Assembly (NCBI GenBank): GCA_951406725.2
Contig: OX597817.1
Location: 34,286,001-34,350,000, forward strand
DNA length: 64,000 nucleotides
DNA from: Octopus vulgaris
Taxonomy: Eukaryota
Reading direction: 5' to 3'
Shown here piece by piece: positions 25,296 to 37,810 of the stretch (its first letter is position 1; the number at the start of each line of letters is the position of its first letter). The notes below the pieces were generated by a model. That model did not search any database and had not been told where the DNA came from. It was given only the letters and a program-made list of their open reading frames with translations. Made by a program: the position numbers and the translations under genes.

Positions 25296-25391
25296 TATAT
25301 CTCTTTCCTTATAAATTTCCTGAAGACTCCTCACAGCCTTGGCTTTGTTATCTTTTCTTGCCTAATACACACACACGCACACTCACATATA

Positions 25392-26775
25392 CACACAGAC
25401 ATGACAGAATTAAATAGACACCTCATAAAACATTGTTTTATGTTTATTCTAACTTGTAAAGGTTTATATCTCTTGTTAGTTGACATTTTTATGTTTCAGG
25501 TTCTATATGCGACTGTTTAATCATGCCATGTACAAAAGAAGCCTTGGAACTGTTTGAATTTCGAAGAGGCCGTATTGTGGGTCATTCTGAAGGTGGACAT
25601 GGTCAACATAAAGTTGCAGAAAACCTTGGGATCCCATTTTCTACAGTTACTAGAGTAATTGTACAATTCACCAAAGAGGGGAAGGAGTCCACATCACCTT
25701 GACCATATCAACCAGGACCCTTCTCTTTGTTAAGAGAACTGTAGAGGATAATCCTCGTTGCAAGGCCTCTGACATAGCAGAACAAGTTGATGTCAGTCCT
25801 AGAACAGCTGTCAGGTATCTCCACAAACTTGGTTACTATAGCAGAGTAGCGAGAAGGAAGCCACTTCTTCAACTAGCCAACATCAAGCAAAGAAAAGATT
25901 GAGCCAGTAAGATGGTAGTGAGGCCACTAGCATTTTGGGACATTGTTATATTCTCTAACAAGTCCAGATTTGCTGTATTTCCTGACAGTGGTTGAGTGTG
26001 GGTCTGGAGACTCTGTAATCAAGAATTTGATGTGAAAAGATTGCAGCCAACAATGAAACATGGCAGCTATTCTGTGATGGTCTGGGGACCAATTTGGAGC
26101 AATGGTTGATCAAAGTTGGTGGAGTGTGAGGGAGACATAAACTCAGATAAATATGTGTCTATATGGCAGAACGGACTCTTTCCAATCTTCTCCAGTGGTA
26201 AAATGATTAAAGAAGACTCGTTATTTATGGAAGATGGGGCTCCTTGTCATCATCATCATCATCATCGTTTAGCGTCCGTTTTCCATGCTAGCATGGGTTG
26301 GACGGTTCTACTGGGGTCTGTGAAGCCAGAAGGCTTCATCAGGCCCAGTCAAATCTGGCAGTGTTTCTACGGCTGGATGCCCTTCCTAACGCCAACCACT
26401 CCGTGAGTGTAGTGGGTGCTTTTTACAGCTAAAATGACCCTAGGTTTGTTGGATGAGAATGGCATTAAAAAGCTTCCATAGCCAAGCCAATCATCAGATA
26501 TGAACCCTGTTGAACACCTCTGGGACATAATGGACAGGACACTTCATAAAGATATCAAGAAAGCATCATGAAACTTGGCAAGAAATTCCACAAGAAAATA
26601 TTTGACTTCTAATCAGTAACATGCCTAATAGGTCCTTGCATTGCAAAATGCATGTCTACTAAATATTAAATATTTAAATTATAACAATTAATAAATAATT
26701 TGATTGTATAATTTCAGATTTAAAGAAATTTTAATGATTATAAGGGCGTCTATTTACTTCTGTCGTTTGTGTGTG
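25392..26775 (+). mobile_element. Tc1-family DNA transposon with decayed DD34E transposase (ATG at 25523)
   Basis: Imperfect ~40-bp TIRs (gacagaattaaatagacacc / ggcgtctatttacttctgtc); RGRIVG HTH region, RKPLL, VMVWG, FMEDGAPCH..DMNPVEHLW with 34 residues between D and E once the nested insert is removed. Confidence 0.9.
26251..26424 (-). mobile_element. Young RTE 3' tail nested in the Tc1 transposase
   Basis: Interrupts DGAPCH|TAK at the His CAT codon. Confidence 0.9.
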
Positions 26776-26835
26776 TGTTTAACTGCATGTCTTTCACTCT
26801 AAGTGATTCCCTGCACCCCTTATCTGGTGGTGTAA

Positions 26836-27012
26836 TCATCATCATCATCATCATCGTTTAACGTCCGTTCTCCATGCTAGCATGGGTTGGATGGTTCGAC
26901 CGGGGATCTGGGAAGCCAGAAGGCTGCACCAGGCTCCAGTCTTATCTGGCAATGTTTCTACAGCTGGATACCCTTCCTAACGCCAACCACTCCGTGAGTG
27001 TAGTGGGTGCTT
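26836..27012 (-). mobile_element. RTE 3' tail
   Basis: RTE tail consensus; same subfamily as 47563 and 54101. Confidence 0.88.
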
Positions 27013-27090
27013 TGTGTGTATCCATATTTCTTTGGGGTTTAAGTTTTTTTCTTTGCAAACTAAAAGTTGACCACCAACAAAGTAGCAAGG

Positions 27091-27318
27091 TCCTTTGGCA
27101 TTCAGATTACTTTGTAATATAATTCTTATTTATCCACGTTTTTTTTTTAATTAATTAATTAATCATGTATTACCTTGTAGCTATGAGATTTCAATGATGT
27201 GATTGTTCATTTTTAAAATGACATTGTAAGATAGGTGTGAGAGGCTGGAGTCAGTCTAGTGTGAACATAAAACAAATAGAATATTAGGCCAGATGTAGCT
27301 GATTTAACTTCTAAAGGG
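27091..27318. mobile_element. Degraded copy of the piggyBac-like MITE at 34366
   Basis: Colinear similarity (ttgtagctat..aaaatga..gaacataaaaca..ctaaaggg). Confidence 0.7.
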
Positions 27319-27556
27319 TAAGTCAAGACAGCTCTTGGGGTCAGTGGTTATCTGAACAGTTTGTTTGATGTGTGTGTGTGTGTTGTGCATATGTGTGTAC
27401 AGGCAAATAAACCTGCACTCATGGGTGTGTTTCATTACTGTTTGTGTGTGTATATGCATATGTATTCTGTAGATATATATATGATTGTGTGCATACATTC
27501 ACTCAGGAACCTTAAATGAAGAATCCCTGAAATGTTTTACAAATTTGTATTATGTT

Positions 27557-28344
27557 CTAGCACTGTGACCCGGCATTGCCAAGTCTAGTGCTAGTGCTTG
27601 TTGTTCGTTGCCGGGTCACAGTAAAAGTTTCTCACTAAATCAAGAGCTAAGTTTCTTATTGCATTTCAGCCCGGGCCAGTTTTGTTGTTTATGAGCTAGT
27701 TGGAGCTTTTTATGGGAGTAATTAATATTCATTGGACTTCGGTTTTCACACCTGGAACGGCATAATCATGGAAAATTAGTGGGACTGTGCACATGGCATT
27801 AGTCGGACAAAAAAGGAGGCAGAAGAAAACAAAAAACTCGAATTTGGCCGCAAAATAGCATGATTTTGAAAATACACCTATATCTTGTTTGTTGAGTTTT
27901 GGTTTTACACCCAACCCAGTTCTGTGCAGTGTCATGGCGGGAATGCATGGATTGGGAGTTTGACTTGCAGAGGTGATCAAGTTGCACATGCCAGCCCTTT
28001 TGACACCAACCCCTCTCACTTAACCCGCTCGTCCTATGAGTGAATAGCAATGGTGGGAAGAAAAGTGCTGATTCCAGCGAAAAGGCAGAGCAATTAGAGC
28101 ACAAAAAACAGCATTCAAAGTGATTTTATGAGTATGATGCATTGAAGCATAAGGGGTCGGTTTATAGATTTTTTAATGGCTTTCTGGGGTGACTGGGGAT
28201 ATGAAAAGATCTTCATGACTACCCTCAGATAGTTTTGAAAGCCCTTACAAAATGTGAGCCTTTTATGTGAAAAACTGTGGCTTTGTATAAAGGACACACA
28301 GACACACAAATACACAGACATTTTGCTGTTTATAGACATAAAGA
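27557..28344 (-). mobile_element. Non-autonomous Helitron
   Basis: Minus 5' A|TCtttatgtctataaa followed by a (TG)-rich tract; 3' end gccgggtcacagtgCTAG; 14-bp inverted repeat at 27562-27575 / 27609-27622. Confidence 0.65.
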
Positions 28345-29221
28345 TGTATGCATGTACATGAATTAAGATGTTACAATTTGTCAGTGAAAGAAGACTGTAC
28401 TCAGTACATGATATAGAGTATAATGTTTATTTCAACTATATTCTTTTTGCTACAACACAAATTTTACACCACTATGCTCATCAGGCAAACCATTCTCCTT
28501 TTTATTTTTGGTGGTACTATATACACTGGAATGGATTCACCAATGTCAGATTTAGGTGCTATAGCTTAAGGTCTCATGGTCTGCATCTGCCTGGAAAGAA
28601 CTGAAAGATAATTAAAAAACAAATATATTTTCAATTTTTTTGAGATTTTTTAGTCCAATTCTTCAACAAGAGGTGTCCATGTTTTATGTAGCTGAGGCAC
28701 TCACCAAGTTTAAATCTTGCATCAGAGTCTTGTCATAATCATTGGCTGTCATGTTTTAACATGAACTTTTCTCAGTTTGCATGGGTCAGATGAAATTTGT
28801 TAAGGCAGATTTTCCACAGTTGGATGCTCTTTCTGTCATTAACCCTCATCTGTTTCCGAGTAAGCTAATATTTCCCTTTGTCCTTCAAACACTACTAATG
28901 CAAAGGCTGGTTATTTGTTTCATGGAAGATTGCAAATTAATAACACCGTTTGTATGATGGTAATATTTGTTTACAACCAGTTTTCAATCTAAAGACAAGA
29001 CACACACACACACAATGTCACACATACAATGACCTTTTAGTTTCTATGTCTGTGACTAAATTAAGGGGCTAGAGCTGAAATCACATAATTGGCAAGAGAA
29101 CTTATTAACCACAAAGCCAAATCTCTCTCTTTCTCTCTCACTTTGTGTCTATCTCTCTACCTATCTATCTATTTTTCGCATGTACACGTATACACACATT
29201 GTGTATTGTTTTTTTTTTTTT

Positions 29222-29611
29222 TTTTTACTTGTTTCAGTCATTTGACTGCGGCCATGCTGGAGCACCGCCTTTAGTCGAGCAAATCGACCCTGGGACTTAT
29301 TCTTTGTAAGCCCAGTACTTATTCTATCGGTCTCTTTTGCCGAACCGCTAAGTGACGGGACGTAAACACACCAGCATTGGTTGTCAAGCAATGCTAGGGG
29401 GACAAACACAGACACACAAACACACACACACATACATATATATATATACGACAGGCTTCTTTCAGTTTCCGTCTACCAAATCCACTCACAAGGCATTGGT
29501 CGGCCCGGGGCTATAGCAGAAGACACTTGCCCAAGATGCCATGCAGTGGGACTGAACCCGGAACCATGTGGTTGGTTAGCAAGCTACTTACCACACAGCC
29601 ACTCCTGCGCC
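29222..29611 (-). mobile_element. Young tRNA SINE family A
   Basis: Family A consensus with CpGs intact. Confidence 0.92.
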
Positions 29612-29838
29612 TATATATGTATACTTTTCTCCTTTTCTTTTCAAGAATTTGTCTGTGGCTATATTAGTACACTGTCTTGAAGCAGAGTTTAGTTCCCTGA
29701 ACTGACCCCATGCTTATTTATTCAAACCCAGATGATGATGACAGTGGCGGTGGTGGTGATATTTTTTCTATAAATTTCTTTTTAATGCGATACTAAGTTA
29801 CAGGGATGTAAACACACCAAGATCGGTTGTTGTTGTTG

Positions 29839-29877
<39 letters not shown>

Positions 29878-30589
29878 TGTGTGTGTGTACAGTTTCCATC
29901 AACCAGATCTATTCACAAGGCATTGGTTGGCCCAGGGCTATAGCAGAAGATGCCCCCCCAAGGACACTGCACAGTGGAACTGAACCTGAAACCAAGTGGT
30001 TGTTAAGCAAACTTCTTAACCCCTCAGCCATACCAGTACCCGCCCACACACACACACACACACACACATTTATATATGTATGACCTAGCTAAAAGTACTA
30101 ATCTAAATAAGTACAGTCTGCTAATATAAACATATGGCCAAGGTCTGCGGACATTTGCTATATAATCATTTATTCCGTTATTTACAAATAAATGATAACA
30201 GAATCAATTCTCAATTCTGGTAATGTAACAATTGTCAACTATATCATTCTCAGCTATCTATCACCCTTTTTGTGGAACAAACCTAACTTTATATCTCCTT
30301 TATAAGATACATGATATATTTTTACCTGTTATATTAGTGATATCAGACAGGTAATAATACCTGCATCATCGGAACTTTTGTTGCCAATCACTTTTTTTTT
30401 TTCCTGAAATGATGATTTAAAGTGCACTCAAAGAATTGATGCCACGAAGTTCCTGAGCACTTAAACTGTACCACAATTTCAATGCCAATCTCATTTTCTT
30501 GTACCTCTTTCTTTGTATCACCATCTCTTTGTCCTTTTTTTCTTGCTATTTATCCATCTAGTCTATTTGCTTAATGTGTCCATTCTATG

Positions 30590-30606
30590 TATCTAATTTA
30601 TCTTTC

Positions 30607-30648
<42 letters not shown>

Positions 30649-30720
30649 CCTATCTATCTACCTACCTATCTATCTATCTATCTATCTATTTATCTGTCTA
30701 TCTGTGTGTGTGTCTGTCTA

Positions 30721-30765
<45 letters not shown>

Positions 30766-30781
30766 TTATCTACCTACCTAC

Positions 30782-30812
<31 letters not shown>

Positions 30813-30837
30813 CCTACCTACCTACCTACCTACCTAC

Positions 30838-30871
<34 letters not shown>

Positions 30872-30914
30872 GTCTGTCTGTCTGTCTGTCTATTCTATGT
30901 GTCTTTGCGTGCGC

Positions 30915-30954
<40 letters not shown>

Positions 30955-31078
30955 TTATCTATCTGTCGACTTATATGTTCATTTATTGATCTGTGTGCAT
31001 GTCCGTCCTTCTGTCTATCTATCTATCTGTCTGTCTGTCTGTCTAATCTCTCCCTCTTTCTCTCTCTCTTTCTCTCTC

Positions 31079-31121
<43 letters not shown>
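30590..31121. repeat. Compound (TCTA)/(CCTA)/(TG)/(TA) microsatellite block
   Basis: Direct reading. Confidence 0.95.
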
Positions 31122-31124
<3 letters not shown>

Positions 31125-31312
31125 TTTGTCTTTCTAGCTCTTCAATCTCTATATGTGTTTCTGTTTGCTTAACTGTTAAATCTATCTATCTCTTCCAGGG
31201 TTACTAGATTCCCTTTATTTCCGTCTACAATTTTCTATTTCTCTCTATCACTATTACTTTCTTTCTTATTCCTTCTTGCCTTCCTCTCACAGCTCCCCTC
31301 TCTCATACTTCC

Positions 31313-31349
<37 letters not shown>

Positions 31350-31719
31350 CTTATACATCATTGTCCGTTTCGCTTTCTCTTTTCCTATTGTTATTTTCTT
31401 CCCTCCTCTCTCTCCCTCTCTTTAAACATTAACACGCACATACACAAATAGACACACACAAACACGCACATCTCTCACACACAAAACATACACCTTATAT
31501 ACATATATACAAACGTGCGCGTGCGAACAGACACACGCACATACGTACTCACACATATACTCACACGCTGATACACAAACACAAACATGCACATAGACAC
31601 AGGCCTCATTCAAACAAATACACACCTCGCACTTCACACATATAAACAAACACACAAACACACACACACATACACACATATATATACATACAAACATCCA
31701 TACACAAATACAAACACAA

Positions 31720-32480
31720 AACCGGACTAAAAGGCTTGTACCGTTCACTAATGAAGCTTCACAGCAGAAGAAAAACCGCTGCACAGCAGATCTCTCGTGG
31801 CTGAAATGGTGTACCGCCGAGATAAAAGAACACAAAGCTGCCCTCACACCGTGCTTTCTTCCTAGATGAGCCTGTTATTCAAGTAAGGAAACATCAAAAA
31901 AAAAAAAAAAAAAACCCCACAAACCTACTAAACTTATATACCTTTAATGAGACCTTGAATTTTTTTTTTTTTTTTTTACCTTACCTTACCTAGATGCTGA
32001 ATGCCTGGCGGGGAGGCGGGGGTTATTAATTAATTAATTAATTAACTTCCACTGCTAAATAACAATGCACTGTCGGAGCTCCGTTAACCCTCATCTCCCC
32101 CCTCTTCTTCTTTCCTTTCCTACCTACCGAAAGAATTTCTACTGCTATGTGCTTGTGTGTGTGTGTGTGTATGTCGTTGTATTGATTAACTCGGCAAAGA
32201 TATGCTTCATAAGCGTAAATCATTACGATTTTATTTTGCACCTTCTTTTTCCTCCGTCGATCGGTGTTGTTGCAGCTGCAGATGTAGAGTGAAATAACTT
32301 ACCTGTCTGCAGTGACATAGTGTTCTTTCTTGTTTTCTCAGACAGGATGCTAGGTTAGATCTGACACAAGAACATCATGACGATGATGGCATAGAGAGGA
32401 TGGAATTGCCAGCATCACTGTCTATTTCTGTCTACGAGGCTTTTGTTTGTTTACATTCTTCATCTGTCTTCTCTTCTTTG
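31720..32480. promoter_or_regulatory. CpG-retaining unique island, probable promoter / first-exon region
   Basis: No recognisable TE from ~30.1 to 34.3 kb; CpGs in unique sequence; GC-box-like ggcggggaggcggggg near 32007-32022; several strong splice signals. Confidence 0.5.
32303..32318 (-). CDS. Candidate first coding exon, MSLQT + phase-1 donor; gene unknown
   Basis: Minus: aacACT ATG TCA CTG CAG ACA G|GTAAGT; A at -3, in-frame upstream stop, perfect donor consensus; no downstream exon identified. Confidence 0.4.
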
Positions 32481-32521
32481 TGTATAGATGTGTGTGTTCG
32501 TATCATTGTGCATATGTGTAC

Positions 32522-32592
<71 letters not shown>

Positions 32593-32649
32593 GTGTAAGT
32601 GTGAGTGTTTATATGTGTGTATGTATATATACAAATCTGTATATGTTTG

Positions 32650-32680
<31 letters not shown>

Positions 32681-33389
32681 GTATAAAGACATAATGTAGT
32701 GTGGAAGAAGAATGGGTATGTATGCTTCCGATGAGATTTGGTGTGATGTACAAATGTTCTAAGTGTTTGTCTTATATGTATGTTTATGTGTATAATGTAG
32801 TGTTTGACAGTGTGTGTAATGTGTATTGTTTTTGTTTGTGAATGTATGACAATATGATGTAGAATATGTGTGTTTGTGTGTGTATGAGAAAGAGAGAGAT
32901 GAATGTGGTATATCGTGTTAGTATGTATATTTCGAGTGAAGTGATACCGTGTATTGTGTAATGTAATTTAGTGTGTGTGCGTATGTATGTATATTATTAT
33001 GTATACACGCGAACACACACGCACACGCACGAACACATTAGTTTACACTACAACACAGACACTACTATATATATGTCGATATTGCTCCTGTATGTACGTT
33101 GGTATGTATGTAGACTGATATATATATATATATATATATAATCTGTAATTGCTTATTGAAATCCATATAGCTTAAATACTGCTTCTTACTTTTCTATCAT
33201 TTCATGTTTTGAGGAAATGTTTATAAATGTAGAAAGCTGCGTATGTATATAAAAAGATATTTCTGTGTATACATTAATATATGCAGTATATGTGTTTCTA
33301 TATATATATAAATATTTATTATTATGTATCTGCATGCAAACTTGTATCGATGTATGTATATGGTCACTGTGTACATAGATGCTTACGTT

Positions 33390-33429
<40 letters not shown>

Positions 33430-34365
33430 TACATACATACATACACAGCTAAAAATTAATTAATATTTGTCTAACGATATCTTCATATTTTTATACGAAT
33501 CAAGAAGCATTTGCAGATAGACCAAAATATATTATCAATTAAAACATTCACTTGAACACATGCATATTTATGTATAAATAAACCTTTAATGTTTTATTGG
33601 TGAATATATATTTTACTGTTGTTACGCGAAAACTAGTCTCATACACAGTTGGTTTATATATAAACATGAGTTCTTTGGATATATCTGTGTCTATATTATG
33701 AAATATTATTGTATATTTGTGAAAATGTATCAACTGACAGAAGTATGTATAATTTGTGTTCCTCAGAAATTATTTGTCATATCTATGTATGTATACTAAT
33801 ATACTTTGTGTTTATATATACATATATATACATATATAAAATAACGCATGTAGTATTTTGTGTTTGATTTATTCTCAGTTGTGTAAGGTGATTGCATGTA
33901 CTGATAGACACCTACGTTGTATGTATGAATGTTTGTGTACATTATTATAATGGAAGCACATGTCAAGTTATATATGTTAAAAAAAAATGAATGAAAAGAA
34001 AACATATCCCAGTATTTATCTGTCTGTCTGACTATTTTATCTCATCTCATATCCTTCCAACGATATTTGAATGGGCTATATAAAGGGTCACGCTGTCCAC
34101 TTTGTATTTTAAGCCAGTTCTATTTTGGATCGTGACGGGTTTTTTTTCCTCTCCCCCCCTTTTTAAACTTCCTGTAGGAGTGTTCAGTACATACTCTACT
34201 TTTATCACCTTCCTTCCTTCTTTTTCTGTATGTTTCTTACTTAAAAGATTGTTTTATTATGCTTTCTTCCTCTCTTCTCAAACATAACTTGTGTACTTAA
34301 ATTTGTTCCAAACGTTGGTTAATTCTGTGAGTTATGCAGACAAATCTGTTATTTCTTGCTTTTAA

Positions 34366-34586
34366 CCCTTTAGTGTTCGCATTATTCTGCCAAAATTAAT
34401 GCGTTTTCATTTACATTGCTTTGAACTAATCAGGCATTATCTTGTAGCTATAAGATTTTGATGAGGTAGCTGTTAATTTTTAAAATGATATTGTAGGGTT
34501 GGTGTGAGAGACCAGATCTGGCCAGTTTGAACATAAAACAGGCAGAATACTTTTGGCCAGATATGGCCGGTTTAAATGCTAAAGGG
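34366..34586. mobile_element. piggyBac-like MITE
   Basis: TTAA|CCCTTTAG ... CTAAAGGG|TTAA. Confidence 0.85.
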
Positions 34587-35463
34587 TTAAATTTGTTCTT
34601 AGTCTAAAATTCTTCTGAAGTATTTTGTTTATAAAATGGATTCTAAATGTCTCTACATCCTTGGTACTTTACTAGTTTTCACCAGCATATTTAGCAGGAG
34701 AAATGACATTAAAATGAAGATGTACAAATTTGTTCACATGTTGATGATCACATTCTCTCTAGTCTTTAGAAGGCATGGTACTATTTGCATTATTTTCAAC
34801 ATTGCCTCCTTTTGAGAGCATCCAGTTGATGAACTGGCCTACTTAGTTAATGTGCAAAAAATTCATACTTTCTGGAATTCATAAAGTTTGTTTTCTTCTC
34901 TTTGTTTTTGTTCTATTTTTTTCTATGGTCTGTGGTCTCTTATGTTTGATGCTGTTGGTCATGAATACTATATTGTCTGCAAAGCCTTAATCTTAAAAAT
35001 ATCCATTAAATCTCCATCATATCTGTAGCTTTTCATAATAACAAATCATTTGCCATACAAATATTAGTTGAATAAGATGATGATAACAGTGTTACCATGC
35101 CCATATCACAGCAGTCATCTTTTATAGCAACACTAACATCTCACGTGTGCTCAAGTTTAATATTGCATATCCAATGAATGTTAAACTTCTTTCTCTACTC
35201 CATTGCTCATAAAACCATCATATTTTCTTCCCAGTTTGCTTCCATTCTCACTCTGGACAAACACAATAGGATATGATCAAATACTCTGGACAAACACAAC
35301 AGGATATGATCGTTTTCCTGGTTGTTCACCTCATCACTTCAGTTCAATGAAACAAATTTTTTTCAAATGCTATTCATTCTATCAGGATGCTCTCTATCCT
35401 TCCTAAACCCTCCCACCTTCATCATCTCTCCCCTCGTCATTGAGCGTCCGTTGACCAGGATTT

Positions 35464-35713
35464 ACCAGTCCTGGTCAAACCATCCAACCAATGCCAGCAT
35501 GGACATCATCATCATCATCATCGTTTAACATCTGCTTTCCATGCTAGCATGGGCTGGACGATTTGACTGAGGTCTGGCAAACCAGACTCCAATGGTTCGC
35601 CAGACCTCAGTCAAATCGTCCAACCCATGCTAGCATGGAAAGCAGACGTTAAACGATGATGATGATGATGATGTCCATGCTGGCATTGGTTAGATGGTTT
35701 GACCAGGATTGGT
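35464..35713. repeat. Near-perfect palindrome, 121-bp arms and 8-nt loop, built from RTE tails
   Basis: 35464-35584 is the reverse complement of 35593-35713 with 5 transition mismatches. Confidence 0.92.
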
Positions 35714-36114
35714 CAGCTGAGGGGCTGCACCAGACTCTAGTCTGATTTGGCATGTTTTCTTCAGCTGGATGCCTTTCCTAACACCAACCACATCAAGAGT
35801 GTAATGGGTGCCAGTTTGTGTGACACCAGTATCTTCCACAACTAGATTTCTCTTGGCTTGATGGGTTTTCTTCTCGAGCACAGCATATTGCCAAAGGTCT
35901 TGATCATTTGTCACTGCCTCATCCCATCTAACAGAAACATATGACACTGTCTCGTTGTCATAAATCGTTATTACCTTTGTCATGTGAGTCTCTTTCCTTC
36001 ATTGATGATCTGTTAGGTGTGAACTCCTATGGGTCTTGCCCTTGACACCAGCCAAATTTTAGAACTTCCTTGCAAAGTTTCCTGCTTATCAGCTTCACAT
36101 ACCTTCCATTTCTT

Positions 36115-36243
36115 TGGCGTTAGGAAGGGCATCCAGCTGTAGAAACTCTGCCAGATCAGATTGGAGTCTGGTTCGCCAGTCCTCAGTCAAATCGTCCAAC
36201 CCATGCTAGCATGGAAAGCAGATGTTAAATGATGATGATGATG
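36115..36243 (+). mobile_element. RTE 3' tail with the same internal-deletion variant as the palindrome
   Basis: ttggagtctggttcgccag junction and aaagcaga are shared with the palindrome arms. Confidence 0.85.
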
Positions 36244-37609
36244 TTTCATGTTAGATATCTTCATTGATGAATATGTCAGAGTAACCTTTGTGTGACACAC
36301 TTTATTGTTTAGATATGCCTACACACTTTCTACATAAATGACCTGCTTAAATTGAGAATGTTCTACTTGATCACCCAGACCTGTAGAAATGACAATCAAA
36401 TCTGTCTCAAATCACAAATTACAATCTGTTTCAAAAGGTCACATTGGATAGTATAGTTCTAGATACACTGTGTCTGAATGAAAGACAGATTGTTCAAGGT
36501 TGGAGTTCTTTCGACCAAAGGTGAACTCAGTAATGTCCTGAAGATAAACAACACTTACTGTTACTTCTAATCACACACACAGATACACATACTCCTATGC
36601 AAATTATTCAACCTTCACTTCTCAATAAATTTCCACATATGACATTCATTTTAACATCTGCAACTGGTCGTTGGACATCTACATGGCCAGGTCTCTGGTC
36701 TGAAGAGGACTTACTTTCTTCTTTTGATTATTCTCAGATGCCCTGAAAACAGTCACTGAGGCTGACTTTTCTTCTTTGACTAAAACCTTAAAGTAATGAA
36801 AACACAAATACATTACCCCAGACATGCACTGCTTCCATGAACAAAGACTTGAAAAAAAGTATAAAAAAACAACCTCTACAGTGAGAACATATCAAACTGA
36901 TTTCTTTCAAAACACCAAACACACAGCCATTTACTTCTCTATTCATGAACAATTTATAACTAAAACCTTGAAAAAAAAAACCTAAAAATGCTAGCTCTAC
37001 AATCTTTTATGATATTTCATTGTAACTGAATATCTATAATATAATCAAAGCTGTGACTGGAAATCCAGATGTTCTCAGCAGAATTAGAAACTATTAAAGC
37101 TCTGAATAGTTGCTGACTTGTTTTATAAGACAAATATATAATTAGTGATAGACTATCTGTAGAGAGCTACTGCTACCCATAAATGTTCTTGGTTGACTCC
37201 CCATACTCATAAGGCCATCTGACTGATTGGTAAACCTTCACTAGCTCAGCAATGTGCTGTATGTATCTTGTCTTTGTTTTTCCTTTTACTACAGTGGTTC
37301 TTGCTTCACTGTACACTACCCTCATCTAAGCTCATCTGATTCTTTTATCCTTTATCCTGCCTCTATCAACATTGTCTCTTGCTCAGTAAACCCTATAGGA
37401 AATACTTAGGCAAAGTTTATTCCAAAATTATAGTCTTTTTAATCTGTTTCTCAGGCAATGTTTCCTTGCCAGATTTAAAACTGAATATCATCTGTTGCAA
37501 TATCACCAGTCTGAGAGTTTCCAAAGACTGTGGGCTCTTACCCTACTCTCTCTAACTATCTCAAAAACAATGAAACATCTATTCAGGTCATCCAGATTTT
37601 GTGCCTATG

Positions 37610-37810
37610 TTGCTCTTAAGCTCCAAGTCAGATCTAATAAAGCCAATCCATAGCCTAAAGCATTTCAGCTGTGACCGTCCCATCTTTTTCTCCAGTATGG
37701 TGCACAAAAGTTCACATTATTTAATGTGTCCCTTTTTAAGCAGTAGGATATGATTTGAGGGAGATTTGCTATTTCTAGCAGGCCAACTGATCATGTAGAT
37801 GATCCTTTAT
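37610..37810 (+). mobile_element. Ancient unclassified interspersed repeat (other copies near 36.4, 39.3, 45.0, 45.6 kb)
   Basis: Recurrent gctgtgaccatc..tgatttgagggagattt..gctatttctagcagg motif. Confidence 0.55.

Noticed and set aside
30361-30403. Minus-strand second exon for the MSLQT gene
   Set aside because: Phase-1 joining hits a stop within the exon, and the donor GTATTA is weak
30409-30455. C/D box snoRNA (ATGATGA..CTGA)
   Set aside because: Only ~47 nt, with no terminal stem or C'/D' boxes
30574-31847. Long ORFs such as 187 aa SIYL-rich and 141 aa CV-rich, and similar ones elsewhere
   Set aside because: Translations of microsatellites
34077-34120. TATA-box promoter
   Set aside because: Spacing to Inr-like sites is off, and TATA motifs are ubiquitous here
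36715-36786. 72-nt open minus-strand exon with a GTAAGT donor
   Set aside because: Weak AAG acceptor; neighbouring frames look like a decayed mariner HTH region; no supporting exons
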